Below, piece by piece: positions 1 through 8,608 of a stretch of 32,000 nucleotides of DNA (the stretch's first letter is position 1; every line of letters starts with the position of its first letter). A model generated the notes under the pieces. The model searched no databases and was not told where the DNA came from. It saw only the letters and a list, made by a program, of their open reading frames with translations. A program made the translations under genes and the position numbers. This stretch comes from Cuniculiplasma divulgatum (GTDB lineage Archaea; Thermoplasmatota; Thermoplasmata; Thermoplasmatales; Thermoplasmataceae). The stretch covers positions 660,001-692,000 of the forward strand of contig NZ_LT671858.1 in the NCBI RefSeq assembly GCF_900083515.1, given 5' to 3'.

Positions 1-41
1 CGGTAAAAAAGATAGATAGACGGTATTTAAAAATATCGGTA
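1..41. repeat. Three direct copies of CGGTA(A/T-rich) at 1-5, 21-25 and 37-41, immediately 3-prime of the integrase stop codon; truncated by window edge
   Basis: Read directly: cggtaaaaaaga / cggtatttaaaaa / cggtaatttattt. CG-containing 5-mers are rare in this AT-rich sequence, so three in 41 nt is unlikely by chance. Confidence 0.4.
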
Positions 42-43
42 AT

Positions 44-1399
44 TTATTTTTTGATCCTTTTCTTAACGTCTTCTAATTTCCCATTCTTTTCTAATTCTAC
101 TAGTAGAGAAGCGAGGAGATCCAACTTAGAATCGTCAGGAAGATTATTCATGGTAGTCTTAAGTTCAGGACTTAATAGATCAGATTCCTGTAAGGTTTCC
201 ATGACCTTTTCCCTTTCTTCTTCAATCTTTACAAAGTCTTCCTGCTTCATTGGTGATCCACAGTTACTACAGAAGCGTGCTGACCCTGTATTGATTACGT
301 GACACCTTGGACATTTCCTATTAACCTTAGATAATGGTTTCTTTAATTCTTCGTCTGTTATTTCGATTCCCTGAGCCTTTAGAATTGCAGTTATCTGACC
401 TGTTTTGTCTAAGTGAGTGTAGTTGTCAGCCATTTTATTGGAAGCCCAGCCCATTTGCTTTACAAAGACCTGTAACGGTGTTTCTACTGCTAAGCGAGTA
501 GCACAACTATGCCGGAATAAATGCGGTGAAATTTGCTTGGTTATTCCTGCCCTGTTCACAGATTTCCTTATCAATGCCCTAAGGTCTTCATAGGTTAGTG
601 ATTCCCCTAAATTTTCCTTACCAATGCCTACAAACAGATGGTTGTTTTGGTCAAATCTATCCTTCTGGATATCCTTCAGGTATTCTATATATTGAGGAAT
701 GATTACTACGCTGTCGCCTGTAAGGACAACGCTTCTTTGCCTGTAGTTCTTTGATCCTTCAGAAATGTTTAGGACTGCGTAAAGACCGTCTGTGCTTTTA
801 CTAAAGTCCTTAATCTTTAGCTTAAGTAATTCGCTTGCCCTGATTCCTGAATCCCACAGAAGTGAGATTATGGATTTATCCCTAATATTCTTACACGCCT
901 TTAGGATTGCCTGTAGTTCTTCATAAGAAATCATTTGGTCAGGTCTTTTGTATCTGCTTCCTATTTTTTCACTGTGTATGTCATTCCAGAATTCTGGAAA
1001 GTCTTCCCTTTCTTCCTTAGGTAATTCTGCGTTGTATTTTTTGAAGCAGAATTTAACAAATTTCTTCATAGTCTTCTTAAGATCGGAGATAGTAGCAGAT
1101 GAGTAGTGAGTTCCCCTTATGGTTATTTTGTCCCTTAATTTTCCTATGACCATTAGCACGTCTTTTTCTTTAGGATTTATTCGACCCTTAGAGTCCAGGA
1201 TTTTATCCCCGAAGCTTTCGCCCAGTATCAGAAGTCTTTCGTAATAGTAGTATTCCCTGTGTTGTTTTATACCTGAGCCTTCCCTAAGAGTAAGGACAAA
1301 TTCAAAAATTTTATCCTTCAGTTCCTTTGGAAGTCCTGAATTTTCCAATCTTTTTTTGACGCTTTCCACATTTTTACTGACATTATATATTTCAGCCAT
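44..1399 (-). CDS. Tyrosine recombinase / phage-type integrase with C-terminal zinc-ribbon extension
   Basis: 451-aa ORF. Catalytic signature in the expected order: DSGIRASEL (Arg), HLFRHSCAT (His-x-x-Arg), GWAS, NYTH (Tyr327). It is followed by CPRC-x10-CSNC (residues 363-380) and an acidic helical tail. Confidence 0.8.
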   Translation of the reverse strand: MAEIYNVSKNVESVKKRLENSGLPKELKDKIFEFVLTLREGSGIKQHREYYYYERLLILGESFGDKILDSKGRINPKEKDVLMVIGKLRDKITIRGTHYSSATISDLKKTMKKFVKFCFKKYNAELPKEEREDFPEFWNDIHSEKIGSRYKRPDQMISYEELQAILKACKNIRDKSIISLLWDSGIRASELLKLKIKDFSKSTDGLYAVLNISEGSKNYRQRSVVLTGDSVVIIPQYIEYLKDIQKDRFDQNNHLFVGIGKENLGESLTYEDLRALIRKSVNRAGITKQISPHLFRHSCATRLAVETPLQVFVKQMGWASNKMADNYTHLDKTGQITAILKAQGIEITDEELKKPLSKVNRKCPRCHVINTGSARFCSNCGSPMKQEDFVKIEEEREKVMETLQESDLLSPELKTTMNNLPDDSKLDLLASLLVELEKNGKLEDVKKRIKK

Positions 1400-1409
1400 G
1401 ATAGAGAAA

Positions 1410-1422
1410 TTACGTAGCGTAA
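1410..1422. promoter_or_regulatory. Short inverted repeat TTACG-TAG-CGTAA between a TATA-like box (1421-1430) and the integrase ATG; possible operator
   Basis: Seen in sequence. 5-bp arms with a 3-nt spacer, 10-23 nt upstream of the ATG at 1399. It abuts ggtatatatt (minus-strand sense), about 27 nt upstream of the ATG. Confidence 0.25.
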
Positions 1423-1701
1423 TATATACCTATCGTTTTGAATTTCGGTCAGAGCATTTTGGTAAATTTAAACCAAGTTAATTTCCTAAACGTAGTTTCT
1501 TAACTTATATCGGTATTATACAGAGGAATCCAAATATGTTGATTTTAGGAGTTTGGTATCTTCTCTTTATAACCGGATTAAATTTATTATAAATATTGGA
1601 TAATATCACGGTTCGCAATCAATGCACATTCCATTATTAACATATAAGAACATCATAATTATCAGTGTGCCACTGGCAAAGATTTCCATTCCACATATTA
1701 T

Positions 1702-3255
1702 TTAGTTAATCTCCCCATATCCGGAACCGCCAGGGGTCATTAGAATTACTTCATCATTTGGCCCGAGTTCAGTTGTAAATTTGCTTCCCATTTTCTTTTT
1801 CTTACTACCATGCTTTATAAGCACAGATGATGGTTTTCCTTTTTTTCCTCCATTAAGTGCATACGGACTGATGATGAACCTATCTGCTATGAGGGAAAAG
1901 GAACTATTTTCCAGAACTCTGAAAGATCTGATAATACCATCTCCACCATTAAATTTCCCCTTGCCTCCGCTCCCTCTTCTAAGTGTATATGAGGTATAGA
2001 ACAGTGGATATTCCTTTTCGGCCACCTCCACGGGTGTATTCAGTGTGTTTGTCATATTACTGTGTACTCCTGAGTAACCTTTATGTCCTGGTCCAGCCCC
2101 GTTACCACCACCAATGGTTTCATAGTATGACCAGTACTTTCCATTTTTTCTTCTACCGCCAATCATAACATTGAACATCGTACCGGATGAGGCAGAAGGT
2201 ATCCCCTCAGCACACTGACTTAGTGCATGTAGCACCAGATCGGCAATTCTCTGTGTAGTTTCAACGTTTCCACCCGAAACTGGATATGGCCTATTGGGAT
2301 TAACAAGAGAACCTACAGGGGCAATTATGTTTATAATGGAATAGAAGCCTTCATTTGTTGGTATATCAATATTTAAAGCACTCCTTATGGCAAAGGAAGT
2401 AGCAGCAAAAGTCATGCCAGGTACGGCATTGAGGGGATATTCAATTTCACTTGAAGTACCGGTAAAGTCAGCTGTAATACCTCCCTTCGAAATTTTAATT
2501 GCTACCTGCAAAGGTACCTTTTCTTTACCAATTTCAAGATAATCAACTGCCGTAAAAGTTCCTTCGTTCCACTGTGACATGGCTCTTATGCTTAAAACCC
2601 TAGAATTTTCAAGGAGGTTTTCCCAAGATGCATACACTACCTCTCTACCGAATCTGCTAAACAGCTCACCAATCCTCTTTGTCCCAGTTCTATTGGCAGC
2701 AACCTGAGCATTAATGTCACCCAGTGCAGTCTCAGGATCTTTGAAATTATTCAGTATAATAGCCAGTAGTTCACCGTCTAAAGCATTATGTTTTACCAGC
2801 TTTACTGGAGGAATTATAAGACCTTCCTGGAAAAGGTTCTTAGCATTTGGATTAAGACTTCCAAAAACTGGCCCTCCAACATCCACTATATGCGCTTTGT
2901 TTACCACATATGCTACAATATTATCCTCAATATACACTGGCGCAATTAGGGTAACATCATTCATGTGTGTACCAGAAATATATGGGTCATTTGTCATTAG
3001 CATTTCTCCATCTTCAAGTATAATTTTTCTTTCCTTAAGCCAGTGCATAATATTATTTATTCCAATCCTGAATGATCCAAGATGCACTGGTATATGCTCC
3101 GCCTGAGCAACTATGACACCTTCAAAGTTAGTTATGGCGCAGCTGTGATCCATTCTCTCTCTGATATTAGGGGATATGGCAGATTTCTTAAGTGCCACCC
3201 CCATTTCCTCTGCTACAAACTGTGTTGCCTTGCTTATAAATTCCCAGTCTGCCAT
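1702..3255 (-). CDS. hyuB: Hydantoinase B / oxoprolinase family protein (N-methylhydantoinase B-like)
   Basis: 517-aa ORF with typical family blocks (HIPVHLGS, NDPY..GTH.ND, GGGxGAGP-like GGGNGAGPGHKG). It starts directly after the stop of the HyuA-like gene, with no gap. Confidence 0.85.
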   Translation of the reverse strand: MADWEFISKATQFVAEEMGVALKKSAISPNIRERMDHSCAITNFEGVIVAQAEHIPVHLGSFRIGINNIMHWLKERKIILEDGEMLMTNDPYISGTHMNDVTLIAPVYIEDNIVAYVVNKAHIVDVGGPVFGSLNPNAKNLFQEGLIIPPVKLVKHNALDGELLAIILNNFKDPETALGDINAQVAANRTGTKRIGELFSRFGREVVYASWENLLENSRVLSIRAMSQWNEGTFTAVDYLEIGKEKVPLQVAIKISKGGITADFTGTSSEIEYPLNAVPGMTFAATSFAIRSALNIDIPTNEGFYSIINIIAPVGSLVNPNRPYPVSGGNVETTQRIADLVLHALSQCAEGIPSASSGTMFNVMIGGRRKNGKYWSYYETIGGGNGAGPGHKGYSGVHSNMTNTLNTPVEVAEKEYPLFYTSYTLRRGSGGKGKFNGGDGIIRSFRVLENSSFSLIADRFIISPYALNGGKKGKPSSVLIKHGSKKKKMGSKFTTELGPNDEVILMTPGGSGYGEIN

Positions 3256-5235
3256 TTATTTCAACCTCAAATTCAGTTCTCCAAACTTTCCAACTTCAGC
3301 AGTCCACCTCTCAGGTATTAACGTTGTTGACCCTGGTTCATCCAGAAGAGCTAAACCATCTATTTTTGTACCAGATGGAAGTGCGTTTCTTGCATATACC
3401 GGTACATCAATAAATTCAGCTCCTGAATATACCTTTCTGAGTCCTGTTGAAACAGTCTCGCTCACATCTTCAACAATTTCAGGCTTATCCCTTCTTCCAA
3501 TGCCAAAGGCACGAATCGTAAATATTTCCACATCTCTATCAAGAGTAAACCCATAAGCTTCTCTGTGTAATTTTACGAATTCTCTTATGATCTTTTGTCT
3601 ATCAGGATCAGATACCTTTACGGTTATTTCCGAACCCTGACCCGTGTACCTGCAATCTGCATATAAAATAAATTCTTTAGTTCCGAATTTCGACTCAAGA
3701 GCTTCTTCTAGATCTTGGAAATCCTTCTGAATATTATCCGGGAAGGATTTTCTCATCTCATACTTCCAGTCTGAGTTGAGTAGTCCAAGAGCGCTAAAAA
3801 CTGCTGGGTCATGCGGAATAATGACTTTCCTTATGCCAATTTCCTGAGCTATCCTAACTGCATGTTGAGGCCCAGCACCCCCAAAACCAAAAAGCGTGTA
3901 TTCCGTTGGATCAATTCCTCTTTCAACTGTCACCATTCTGATGGCTCTTGCCATTTCAAGATCAACAAGTTCTAGCGCTCTTTTCGCAACTTCAAATGGT
4001 TGGCCGAGCCTGCTGAACGCTTTTATTGCTAGATCTTTTCTAAGCAAGAAATTGCTCCCTGACATCTGTTCATTGAGAATTCCAAGCACCAGATTTGCAT
4101 CAGTGATAGTTGGAAGTTTCCCTCCCCTGTTATATGCCACAGGACCTGGCTCTGAGCCAGCACTCATTGGACCAATGTTCATTCCTCCGGCAGAATCAAG
4201 CCATATAACGGTACCTCCACCAGCAGAAACTTCCGCGAGGTCAACAAAAGGATATCTCACAGGGTAACCACTACCCTTTATCATTCTTCCGTAATGCGAC
4301 TTACCACCAACTTCATATTCCGAAGTGATCTCAATCTGTCCATCTGTAACTGTGCCTGCTTTTGCAGTTGTACCACCCATGTCGAAACTAATTATTTTCG
4401 AAATTCCAATCTTTTCGGCTAATACACCTGACGCAACCACACCTGCTGCGGGACCAGATTCAATTATTCCAACTGGGTTATTAGAAGCTTCACTTTCATC
4501 TATCAGTCCTCCGGAATTTGACATCACACTTATTGGTGGTGACCCGAAACAAAGCAGATTACCTTTTAATTTTGATAAATAGCTTGATATTACCGGCATA
4601 AGCATACCATTAATAACAGTGGTAGATGTTCTTTCATATTCCCTGGGTTCTGGTGCAACAGAACTTGAAACAGTAACATAGCTGAATTCCTTAGACAGCT
4701 CATTTCTAACAAGCTCTTCATTCTTGCTGTTCACATAAGAGTGAAGGAAGGAAATGGCGACACTTTCTGGTTTAACTTTCCTTATCTTATCAACAAGTTC
4801 AGCAATCTCTTTCATTTCCGGTGTTTTTAAAATCTTTCCAGTAAAATCGGTTCTCTCATCGACCTCGAATCTTAGATTTCTCGGAACAATAGTTCTGGGC
4901 CTTTCAAATTCCAGATCGTAGAGGGATGGTCTATTCTGTCTTCCAATTTCTATTACATCTCTAAATCCTTTAGTTGTGATAAGCGCGGTTCTTGGTAACT
5001 TCATACCAAACTGCCCAAGTAGTGTATTTGTTGCAATCGTGGTCGCATGAACAAAATTATTTATTTGGATAACACCAGAGTCTTTTAATCCATTAACAAC
5101 TCCTATTTCTGGGTTTCCAGGGGTTGTGGGGACCTTAAGCTTTTTTACAACTCTATTATTTTCCAGCACTACTATATCTGTAAAAGTGCCACCTATATCA
5201 ACAGAAACCACTATCTTACCCATGAAACCACTCAA
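3256..5235 (-). CDS. hyuA: Hydantoinase A / oxoprolinase family protein (N-methylhydantoinase A-like)
   Basis: 659-aa ORF. N-terminal VDIGGTFTD ATPase motif and a second FDMGGTTAK phosphate-binding motif, both typical of the Hydantoinase_A family. Real start may be the internal MGKIVV. Confidence 0.85.
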   Translation of the reverse strand: MSGFMGKIVVSVDIGGTFTDIVVLENNRVVKKLKVPTTPGNPEIGVVNGLKDSGVIQINNFVHATTIATNTLLGQFGMKLPRTALITTKGFRDVIEIGRQNRPSLYDLEFERPRTIVPRNLRFEVDERTDFTGKILKTPEMKEIAELVDKIRKVKPESVAISFLHSYVNSKNEELVRNELSKEFSYVTVSSSVAPEPREYERTSTTVINGMLMPVISSYLSKLKGNLLCFGSPPISVMSNSGGLIDESEASNNPVGIIESGPAAGVVASGVLAEKIGISKIISFDMGGTTAKAGTVTDGQIEITSEYEVGGKSHYGRMIKGSGYPVRYPFVDLAEVSAGGGTVIWLDSAGGMNIGPMSAGSEPGPVAYNRGGKLPTITDANLVLGILNEQMSGSNFLLRKDLAIKAFSRLGQPFEVAKRALELVDLEMARAIRMVTVERGIDPTEYTLFGFGGAGPQHAVRIAQEIGIRKVIIPHDPAVFSALGLLNSDWKYEMRKSFPDNIQKDFQDLEEALESKFGTKEFILYADCRYTGQGSEITVKVSDPDRQKIIREFVKLHREAYGFTLDRDVEIFTIRAFGIGRRDKPEIVEDVSETVSTGLRKVYSGAEFIDVPVYARNALPSGTKIDGLALLDEPGSTTLIPERWTAEVGKFGELNLRLK

Positions 5236-5340
5236 ACTCCTGATCAGGTAAAGGTTATATTTTAAGGTTGATCTGCGTTCTATACTTCTTTCTTTGAAAG
5301 ATGTAATATAACAATAGTTTACAAATACTATTATGGAAGT

Positions 5341-6465
5341 TTAAAGTGAATTTCTAATATCGTCTACAATACTTTCAGCATCCTCTATTCCTACGGATAG
5401 TCTGTATGTTCTGTCTGTAATTCCAAGAATGCTCAATTCTTCATCATTTAGTGATCTATGAGACATGGTTTTTGGATGGGCTATAATGGAATTAACGCCT
5501 CCCAGTGTATTTGCAGGTCTTACTCTCTTAAGGGATTTGAAAATATGGTACGGATCATCATAATTATGAGTTATCCTAAAAGTGAGGACGCCACCATATC
5601 CTCTGAGGTTATCTCTGGAGTATTCAAAATCTTCATGATTTTCCAAACCTGGGTAGTCCACATTTTCTATTCCCTTTATGGAGGAAAGATTTCTTGCCAC
5701 ACTTATTCCGTTCTTGTTTATTTCTTTCATTCTTAATTGGAGTGTCTTTATTCCTCTTATGGTCTGATATGCTGTATTTGGATCCATATTGGTACCCATT
5801 GTTCTCCTTGTGAGATCGATCTTATCCATAATTTCGGCACTTCCAGATGCACTTCCACCTATGACATCATTATGTCCAGAAATGAACTTGGAAAGGCTGT
5901 GTATGATAATATCTGCCCCATAGTCTATGGGATTAATGTTCTCAGGTGTTGCAAATGTTGAATCACAAATTAGTATGCCTCCCATGGAGTGTACTATATC
6001 TGCTATTTTTCTTAAGTCATAAACTCTTAATGAAGGATTCGACACCGTTTCAACCAGTACCACAGATTTCTCGGTTATTGATCTCAACAACGAATCTGTT
6101 CCGGGATTTGTGATTTCACTTCTGATCCCCCACGTTCCCAAAAAATCCCTGATAAATCTGGAACTCCTGGCGAAGGTGTCAAGAGTTGTTACTACTCTGT
6201 CTCCAGGTTTGAGGAGTGAAAGTAGTGTTGTGGTGATAGCTCCCATTCCAGAAGAGAAACAAACAGTTTTCTCTGTTTTTTCAAGAATACTTATCTGTCT
6301 CTCAAGCTCCTCAACAGTGGGATTCGCCTCTCTTGAATATCTATATTTCTTTCCCTCGGGGAATACATAGGAAGACGTTTGAAAAATGGGGAAGGTAATT
6401 GGGAAATTCGGAGGGATAGCATTATCATTTATCACATGATCTTCGGTTTCATTCATAGACACCAC
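5341..6465 (-). CDS. PLP-dependent Cys/Met-metabolism enzyme (cystathionine gamma-synthase / beta-lyase / O-substituted homoserine sulfhydrylase family)
   Basis: 374-aa ORF with the PLP-lysine block HSLSKFISGHNDVIGG and GGVNSIIAHP near the C-terminus. Its start overlaps the thrB stop. Confidence 0.8.
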   Translation of the reverse strand: MVSMNETEDHVINDNAIPPNFPITFPIFQTSSYVFPEGKKYRYSREANPTVEELERQISILEKTEKTVCFSSGMGAITTTLLSLLKPGDRVVTTLDTFARSSRFIRDFLGTWGIRSEITNPGTDSLLRSITEKSVVLVETVSNPSLRVYDLRKIADIVHSMGGILICDSTFATPENINPIDYGADIIIHSLSKFISGHNDVIGGSASGSAEIMDKIDLTRRTMGTNMDPNTAYQTIRGIKTLQLRMKEINKNGISVARNLSSIKGIENVDYPGLENHEDFEYSRDNLRGYGGVLTFRITHNYDDPYHIFKSLKRVRPANTLGGVNSIIAHPKTMSHRSLNDEELSILGITDRTYRLSVGIEDAESIVDDIRNSL

Positions 6466-7369
6466 CAGAAGGATATGAATCTGCCATTATAAAGTCTAAG
6501 CCCCTGGAATGGAAGTAACTATCCAAATTCTTACTGATTTCTAACCTGTCTGTTTTTCTGTCAATGAAGCATAGCATTGCAGGGCCTGCGCCACTCAATA
6601 TAAGACCAATGGCACTATGCGCTTTGCATATATTCCTCACATCTGCCAGAAAGTTGTACCGGGTTTTTCTTGCCTGTTCCACTATGTGATCATCAAGACC
6701 GTATTCTATAAGATCTCGATCCCCAGTCAATATTCCTGCAAGTAGTGAATTTGAAAAATTTATGTTTTGTACTGCATCCTTAAAAGTTACCATATCAGGT
6801 ATGAGTTTCCTGTTTTCCCTCGTCTTATTCTTTGATGTAATCAGTGGAACAATTACCATAAATTCTATACCATCTGGCACATTGAACTTCCTGATTCGCA
6901 GAGGATTTACTGAAAATACTGCAGAGAAATTCCCTAGAGTGGATGCAGTTATATTATCAAGATGGGGACTTCCCGATGCATATTTTTCTCCATAGGATGC
7001 GTATTTTACTATATCATTCACAGAGAGATTCAGATTGAATAGTTCATTTATGAGTACTGAAGATGAAACTGAAGCAGCCCCACTGCTACCAAGCCCCATA
7101 CCTACAGGAATATTCGAGTTCACCTGCAGCGATATCTGGGAGCTAATATCAAAATCCTCTACCATTTTCCTCACCACATATATGGCACTGTTTTCTCTTA
7201 TGTCAACTTCATTCAAATTGCTCTTGAAGTCAATTTTAAATGGTCCCTGTTCATCTATGATTGATAGTTTCACATCAGAAAAGAATGCGTTATGACATAT
7301 ACCGAATGAATCAAATCCTGATCCCACATTTGCAGAAGAACAATAAACTCTCCTGGATACTGTTTTCAC
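6449..7369 (-). CDS. thrB: Homoserine kinase (GHMP kinase family)
   Basis: 306-aa ORF with N-terminal SSANVGSGFD and the GHMP motif PVGMGLGSSGAASV. Confidence 0.85.
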   Translation of the reverse strand: MKTVSRRVYCSSANVGSGFDSFGICHNAFFSDVKLSIIDEQGPFKIDFKSNLNEVDIRENSAIYVVRKMVEDFDISSQISLQVNSNIPVGMGLGSSGAASVSSSVLINELFNLNLSVNDIVKYASYGEKYASGSPHLDNITASTLGNFSAVFSVNPLRIRKFNVPDGIEFMVIVPLITSKNKTRENRKLIPDMVTFKDAVQNINFSNSLLAGILTGDRDLIEYGLDDHIVEQARKTRYNFLADVRNICKAHSAIGLILSGAGPAMLCFIDRKTDRLEISKNLDSYFHSRGLDFIMADSYPSGGVYE

Positions 7370-7432
7370 AACAAGGAAGTGATTGAAATTAATTAATTAT
7401 TTAGTCATTCAAAATTACTCTAAAGAATATTT

Positions 7433-7819
7433 CTACTTTCTGCTCTTTATAACATCAATAAGCAGCATCTTATCGTAGTCGATCTTGAATTTTATTTTTT
7501 TTGCCTTCAGAATCTTTGCAATCTGATCTCCGATCTCATGAATATTTTCATTTGGTGATAGTCTGGCAACTATCATTTCCTTTCTGTCCATAGGAAATAA
7601 CAGAGATAGATCTGTCTGATCGGAATAAAATCCCAGAGGCTTTTTATTATTGTTTATTTCCCTCATATTAAGCTCATACTTTACCTGTATTTGCTGTTCC
7701 TCTTCGGGGATCTGCTTCTTCTCACCCTTTATCACAGCAAATATCTCCGTAAACGCCTTATCCAGTGATTTCCATGAAAAATCATCATCGAAATAGAAAT
7801 GTACAGACCAGTTTTTCAC
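7433..7819 (-). CDS. Hypothetical protein (128 aa), no recognisable motif
   Basis: Clean ORF co-directional with thrB, 63 nt upstream of it. Lys/Glu-rich soluble-looking protein with no signal peptide or TM segment. Confidence 0.5.
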   Translation of the reverse strand: MKNWSVHFYFDDDFSWKSLDKAFTEIFAVIKGEKKQIPEEEQQIQVKYELNMREINNNKKPLGFYSDQTDLSLLFPMDRKEMIVARLSPNENIHEIGDQIAKILKAKKIKFKIDYDKMLLIDVIKSRK

Positions 7820-7902
7820 ATAACCATATATCTTGTCTTTATAATTAATTTGTTATAAGGAGTACAGTTTTTTCAGATACCAGTCTTGATACGAATCTAT
7901 TG

Positions 7903-7917
7903 AAAGATTTTAATATA
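7903..7917 (+). promoter_or_regulatory. BRE/TATA-like element for tRNA-Gln (aaagattttaatata)
   Basis: A-rich tract followed by ttttaatata, centred about 26 nt upstream of the tRNA 5-prime end at 7938. This is canonical archaeal promoter spacing. Confidence 0.4.
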
Positions 7918-7937
7918 GTTGTTAAATAGGGAGTCAT

Positions 7938-8010
7938 AGCTCTGTGGTGTAGTGGCCAAGCATAGTGGGCTCTGGACCCGCCGACGGCAGTTCGAATCTG
8001 CCCAGAGCTA
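7938..8010 (+). tRNA. tRNA-Gln (anticodon CTG)
   Basis: Hand-folded cloverleaf. Acceptor AGCTCTG/CAGAGCT with A1:U72, D stem GTGT/GCAT, anticodon stem GTGGG/CCCGC with loop CTCTGGA. T arm GGCAG-TTCGAAT-CTGCC, discriminator A. 73 nt, no encoded CCA. Confidence 0.9.
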
Positions 8011-8026
8011 CTTCAAGATGATTGGA

Positions 8027-8032
8027 TTTTTT
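8027..8032 (+). terminator. Oligo-T tract (tttttt) 17 nt after tRNA-Gln; probable archaeal terminator
   Basis: Seen in sequence. Archaeal RNA polymerase terminates at oligo-T runs. Confidence 0.35.
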
Positions 8033-8116
8033 GCTGGCATTTAAAATATACAAAATGATCGCTGTGATCTTTCAGAAGGCAATTCAAACTTAAATGTAAA
8101 TAGTTTGACTTAATAT

Positions 8117-8608
8117 GTGGTCATGGATTCAGGTTCCGATAACAGTGAAGATGTGAATAAGAGGTTCTGTGATCTTCTTGGGGATTTTATTGATAATAAC
8201 TCACCCTATTTTCAGTATGATTCCAGCATGAAACTGGCATTTTCATCCTTTGGACTTGCAATATCGACAGGAATAAGGATAGATGCAACCAGAGAACTTC
8301 TAGAAATGGCAGATAAACTCTATCAGAACATCTCTGACACTGATACAGTACTATCAGATGAGCACAGGAAGAAATTAAATCATGCCGATGATGTGTGGCT
8401 TGACATGAAGGCAAAGATGTCAGCAGGAGATATACGTGCTTCGCACCTTCTTGCAGCTCATGCACACCTATCTGATGCGCTTAGCTATCTGACAGTTATG
8501 AAGAACGATGAAAATTTCAGGGAATTTATTTCTGATTATAATATGAAATATCTATCAAAATTGAGTGTTTTTGTCTACAGGGAAGCCATAGGTCACGTTA
8601 TGCTTTAG
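8117..8608 (+). CDS. Hypothetical protein (163 aa from GTG; 161 aa if the in-frame ATG at 8123 is used)
   Basis: ORF with acidic, helical-looking composition and no motif recognised. Its 3-prime end overlaps the convergent epimerase-family gene by 11 nt. Confidence 0.5.
   Translation: MVMDSGSDNSEDVNKRFCDLLGDFIDNNSPYFQYDSSMKLAFSSFGLAISTGIRIDATRELLEMADKLYQNISDTDTVLSDEHRKKLNHADDVWLDMKAKMSAGDIRASHLLAAHAHLSDALSYLTVMKNDENFREFISDYNMKYLSKLSVFVYREAIGHVML

Noticed and set aside
51-302. 83-aa plus-strand ORF inside the integrase gene. Similar antisense ORFs: 1781-1999, 1983-2168, 2714-3106, 3082-3321, 3176-3556, 3896-4267, 4325-4582, 5458-5736, 5737-5961, 6110-6370, 6762-6995, 7035-7295.
   Set aside because: All lie wholly antisense to long ORFs with clear family motifs. 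Their products are low-complexity (Ser/Leu/Phe/Ile-rich), as expected from reading AT-rich coding DNA backwards, and carry no motifs or start signals.
1608-1622. ggttcgcaatc resembling a tRNA T-loop (GGTTCGAATCC) in the integrase-hyuB spacer. Considered as a tRNA fragment or att core.
   Set aside because: It has an indel relative to the T-loop consensus, no complementary T-stem and no acceptor-like sequence around it.
8187-8465. Further shadow ORFs: 8187-8465, 8713-9039, 9036-9269, 12632-12841, 13011-13253, 13929-14219, 16317-16502, 16770-17093, 17075-17371, 17310-17549, 18012-18395, 19401-19598, 20212-20424, 20752-21087, 21590-21844, 22792-22989, 26846-27133, 28153-28392, 28496-28711.
   Set aside because: Same reasoning: each is embedded in, or antisense to, a confidently assigned gene, with no independent support.
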